NCBI GenBank assembly: GCA_963785305.1
Contig: CAWAUV010000008.1
Span: forward strand, 1,312,001-1,376,000
Length of the DNA stretch: 64,000 nt
Direction: 5' to 3'
DNA from: an uncultured Planctomycetaceae bacterium
Lineage (GTDB): Bacteria > Planctomycetota > Planctomycetia > Pirellulales > PALSA-1355
In this document: piece after piece, positions 61,573 to 64,000 of the stretch
How the letters are laid out: the number at the start of each line of letters is the position of its first letter
Numbering within the stretch: position 1 is the first letter of the stretch
Translations under genes and position numbers: made by a program
Notes under the pieces: generated by a model
The model's database searches: none
Seen by the model: only the letters and a program-made list of their open reading frames with translations
What the model was told of the DNA's origin: nothing

Positions 61573-64000
61573 ATGGAACTTGCGAGTCGCTCCTTCATGC
61601 CCGCCGTGCCCAGCGAGTCGTTGATCGCGCTGCTTGCGGAGCTTCGGCTCGCCACGGCGGGGCAAACCCAGAGCGTCGCGCCGAGAGTGCGCCGCTTGGC
61701 CCACGACCTGCCGGGATTCGACTCGGTGTGGGTCGACGCGCTGGCCGAGGCCCGCGTGCTTACGCCATTTCAAGCGGCTGAGATCAATTCGGGCCGCGGG
61801 GCCGAGCTGGCCGTGGGGCCCTATGTGCTCACCGGTCGACTTGCCGGTCCGGCTTATGGCCGTTCGTTTGCCGCGGTCGAACTCAACACCCGGGCCCCCG
61901 CGCGGTTACTGATTGTCGACCGCGCCCAGGGCTCGGCGGAGTTCGTGGCCGCCTCGCTCGCGCGACTCGTGGAGCAAAGCCGATACTTGGAACATCCGGC
62001 GTTTGGCCCGGCGCTCGACGCTGGCATCAGCGGTTCGCGCGTGTGGGCGGCATGTCGGCCCGATCGCGGAGTGCTCGCGGCGCGCTGGCTGGTGGAAAAC
62101 GGCCGGCTGCCGGCGCCGGCCGTGCTCGAGATCGCGCGGCAAATGACGGCGGCGCTCGCGGAGCTCGAACGCATCGAGCTCGTGCATGGCGATCTCTCGA
62201 CCTGGGGGCTCACGTTCGACGCTCAAGGCGCGATCGAGCTGCCGCTTCCCGGCCTGAGGCCACTGGTGCGGCGCGACGAAGGCTATGCGTTTGGCGATCT
62301 TCAGCCTGAGGGCTTCGACACGCTGGCGCCCGAGCGGATTGAAAACGGCGCGGCCGCCGCGCACAAACGGACCTCTATGCCTGCGGATGTTTGTGGTGGC
62401 ACTTGGCCGCGGGTCGGCCGCCTTTTGCCGGCGGGTCATCGATCGCGAAGCTCAAGGCGGTGCATCGCGCAAAAGCGCCCGACATCGCACAGCTAACCGT
62501 CGATGCGCCGCCGGAGTTGATCGCCGCGATTCACGCGGCGATGGCCGTGGATCCCGCGAAACGGCCGCCGAGCTTCGCGGCGCTGGGCGCGATGCTTGGC
62601 CCGGCGACGCGCGGAAGCGTCAGGACGGCCCGGCGCTTGATGGACGAGGACTTTGGGCCGCGGCGACTGTGGCGGCCGGCCAAGCCGCGCGTTTCGGGCA
62701 CGCGGCGCGTGGTCCATGCGACCGCCATCGCCGCTTGCCTCGCGCTGCTCGTGGCGGCGCCGATCGCTTGGCGGCATCGCCGCGAGATCGTTTGGCGTCC
62801 GGGCGCCGATCGGACCCCGGCGTCGCAATCGCTCGCCGCGATCGCCCAAGGCAAGGAGCCCCGCGACAAAGCGCCCGCGAAAAAGCTAAATGCGGACAAC
62901 CGAATTGCCGACAACCGAATTGCAGCCCAGCGAATTGCAGCGCCGCCAGCGCCGCGCGAGCCACGGCTGGAAGCGGACCCCGAGCCGGCGGCGCCCGTCG
63001 AGCTTGCCCGGCACATAGCGGCCGCCCCCGGCAATCGCGCCGCGCGGGCGGCGTATCTTGCTCCGGGCGCCAAGATCGAGCCGCTGCTCTTGCCGGTCGA
63101 TCGTCCGCGGCGATTGAGCGAGCTCGAGCTGAGCCCGGGACAAACGGTGCGCGGCGAAGGGCCGGGGCGGCCGATGATTTTGATTTCCAGCGAGGGGCTT
63201 CGGGTGCGCAGGCGCGGGGTCGTGTTTGAGAATGTCGATTTTGTGCTCGAAGCCGGCGAGGCCGCGGAGTCGAACCACGGCGGGGTGGTGCGGCTCGAAG
63301 CCGACGACGCGGAGTTCCGCGGCTGTTCGTTTCAAGTCACGAGCTCGCCCGCGAGATATTCAGCCGCGACCGATGCCTCGGCAGCGATCGTCTGGAGCGC
63401 GGGCCACGCCGCGAAGCCCGCGAGCGAAGCGAGCCTCGCGCTGCCGGGCACGTTGATGCTCGACCATTGCGTGTTTTGGAATGTGGGGGCGGCGGTCGAT
63501 TGTCGGGCGCGGCGGTCGATCGAGATTCGCCCCGGAGGTCGCTGCATGCCGGGTCTGGCCCGCTCGCGCGATTGGCGGCGCCGCCAGCACGAAATCACAC
63601 CGTGTTTCTACACATGACGAATATCACGCTCCGCGGCGCGGCGGCGGCGCTCGAATGCGTGCTGCCCGAGCGATCGTCGCAATCGCCGCCGTCGGAATCG
63701 CGACGTGAAAACATGGCGGCGACCGGCAATCCCGCCGGCGCCGGGGGCGAGACAGGTCGGATCGCGATCGAAGCGATCGATAGCGTGTTCGCGCTCGACG
63801 CGCGCAGGGCGCTGATCTTGGCGACCGGCTCGCGCGAACCGGCGCCGTTTGTCGCGCGAATCGAATGGACCGGGCACGGATCGCTGGTCACGCTCGCCAC
63901 GCCGCTCGCCGCGGGCCGCGCCGCCGCCGCCGCTCCCGCGCGCGAACTGGCCGAAGACGAGCTGCAATTCTCGGGACTGGTGCGGGGCGAGGTCGAGTTC
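61573..64000 (+). CDS. Membrane Ser/Thr kinase-like protein (degenerate catalytic motifs) with extracellular beta-helix-like region; frameshifted and partial
   Basis: LTPFQA..GPYVL, LVHGDLS, LAPE, WHLAAGRPPF, DPAKRP, a TM helix, then FENVDF/FRGCSF/LDHCVF. Frameshifts near 62365 and 63540. Confidence 0.75.

Overview
High-GC bacterial chromosomal segment, almost certainly Planctomycetota (Pirellulales-like). The evidence is the PVC-signature small basic protein, a DUF1549/DUF1553 protein, a long lepB next to lptB, a sulfatase, a PQQ-like beta-propeller and a PEP-CTERM protein. The backbone is housekeeping: tilS, rny-ymdB-rluA, ppdK, lpxA, M32 carboxypeptidase, yidC-mnmE, tsaB, chdC/hemQ, ABC-F, lepB-lptB and tRNA-Thr(CGT). 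About 12 genes, including essential ones, carry single-base frameshifts, which most likely reflects long-read indel error rather than true decay. Accessory elements are an ISKra4-family IS with TIRs and a 9-bp TSD, two single-ORF IS66 copies, a collapsed phage/RHS remnant, IS1182 and RAYT transposase scraps, and at least three dispersed REP/MITE families, one nested inside another. The best non-coding signals are a 6S-like rod-shaped RNA upstream of rny, a multibranch structured spacer upstream of ppdK, four sigma-54 -24/-12 motifs ahead of stress-type genes, and a 21-bp-phased triple operator ahead of the PEP-CTERM gene. I found no CRISPR array, no rRNA and no complete multi-gene system that I can show to be new. 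Family names come from motif recognition by eye, not from database searches.
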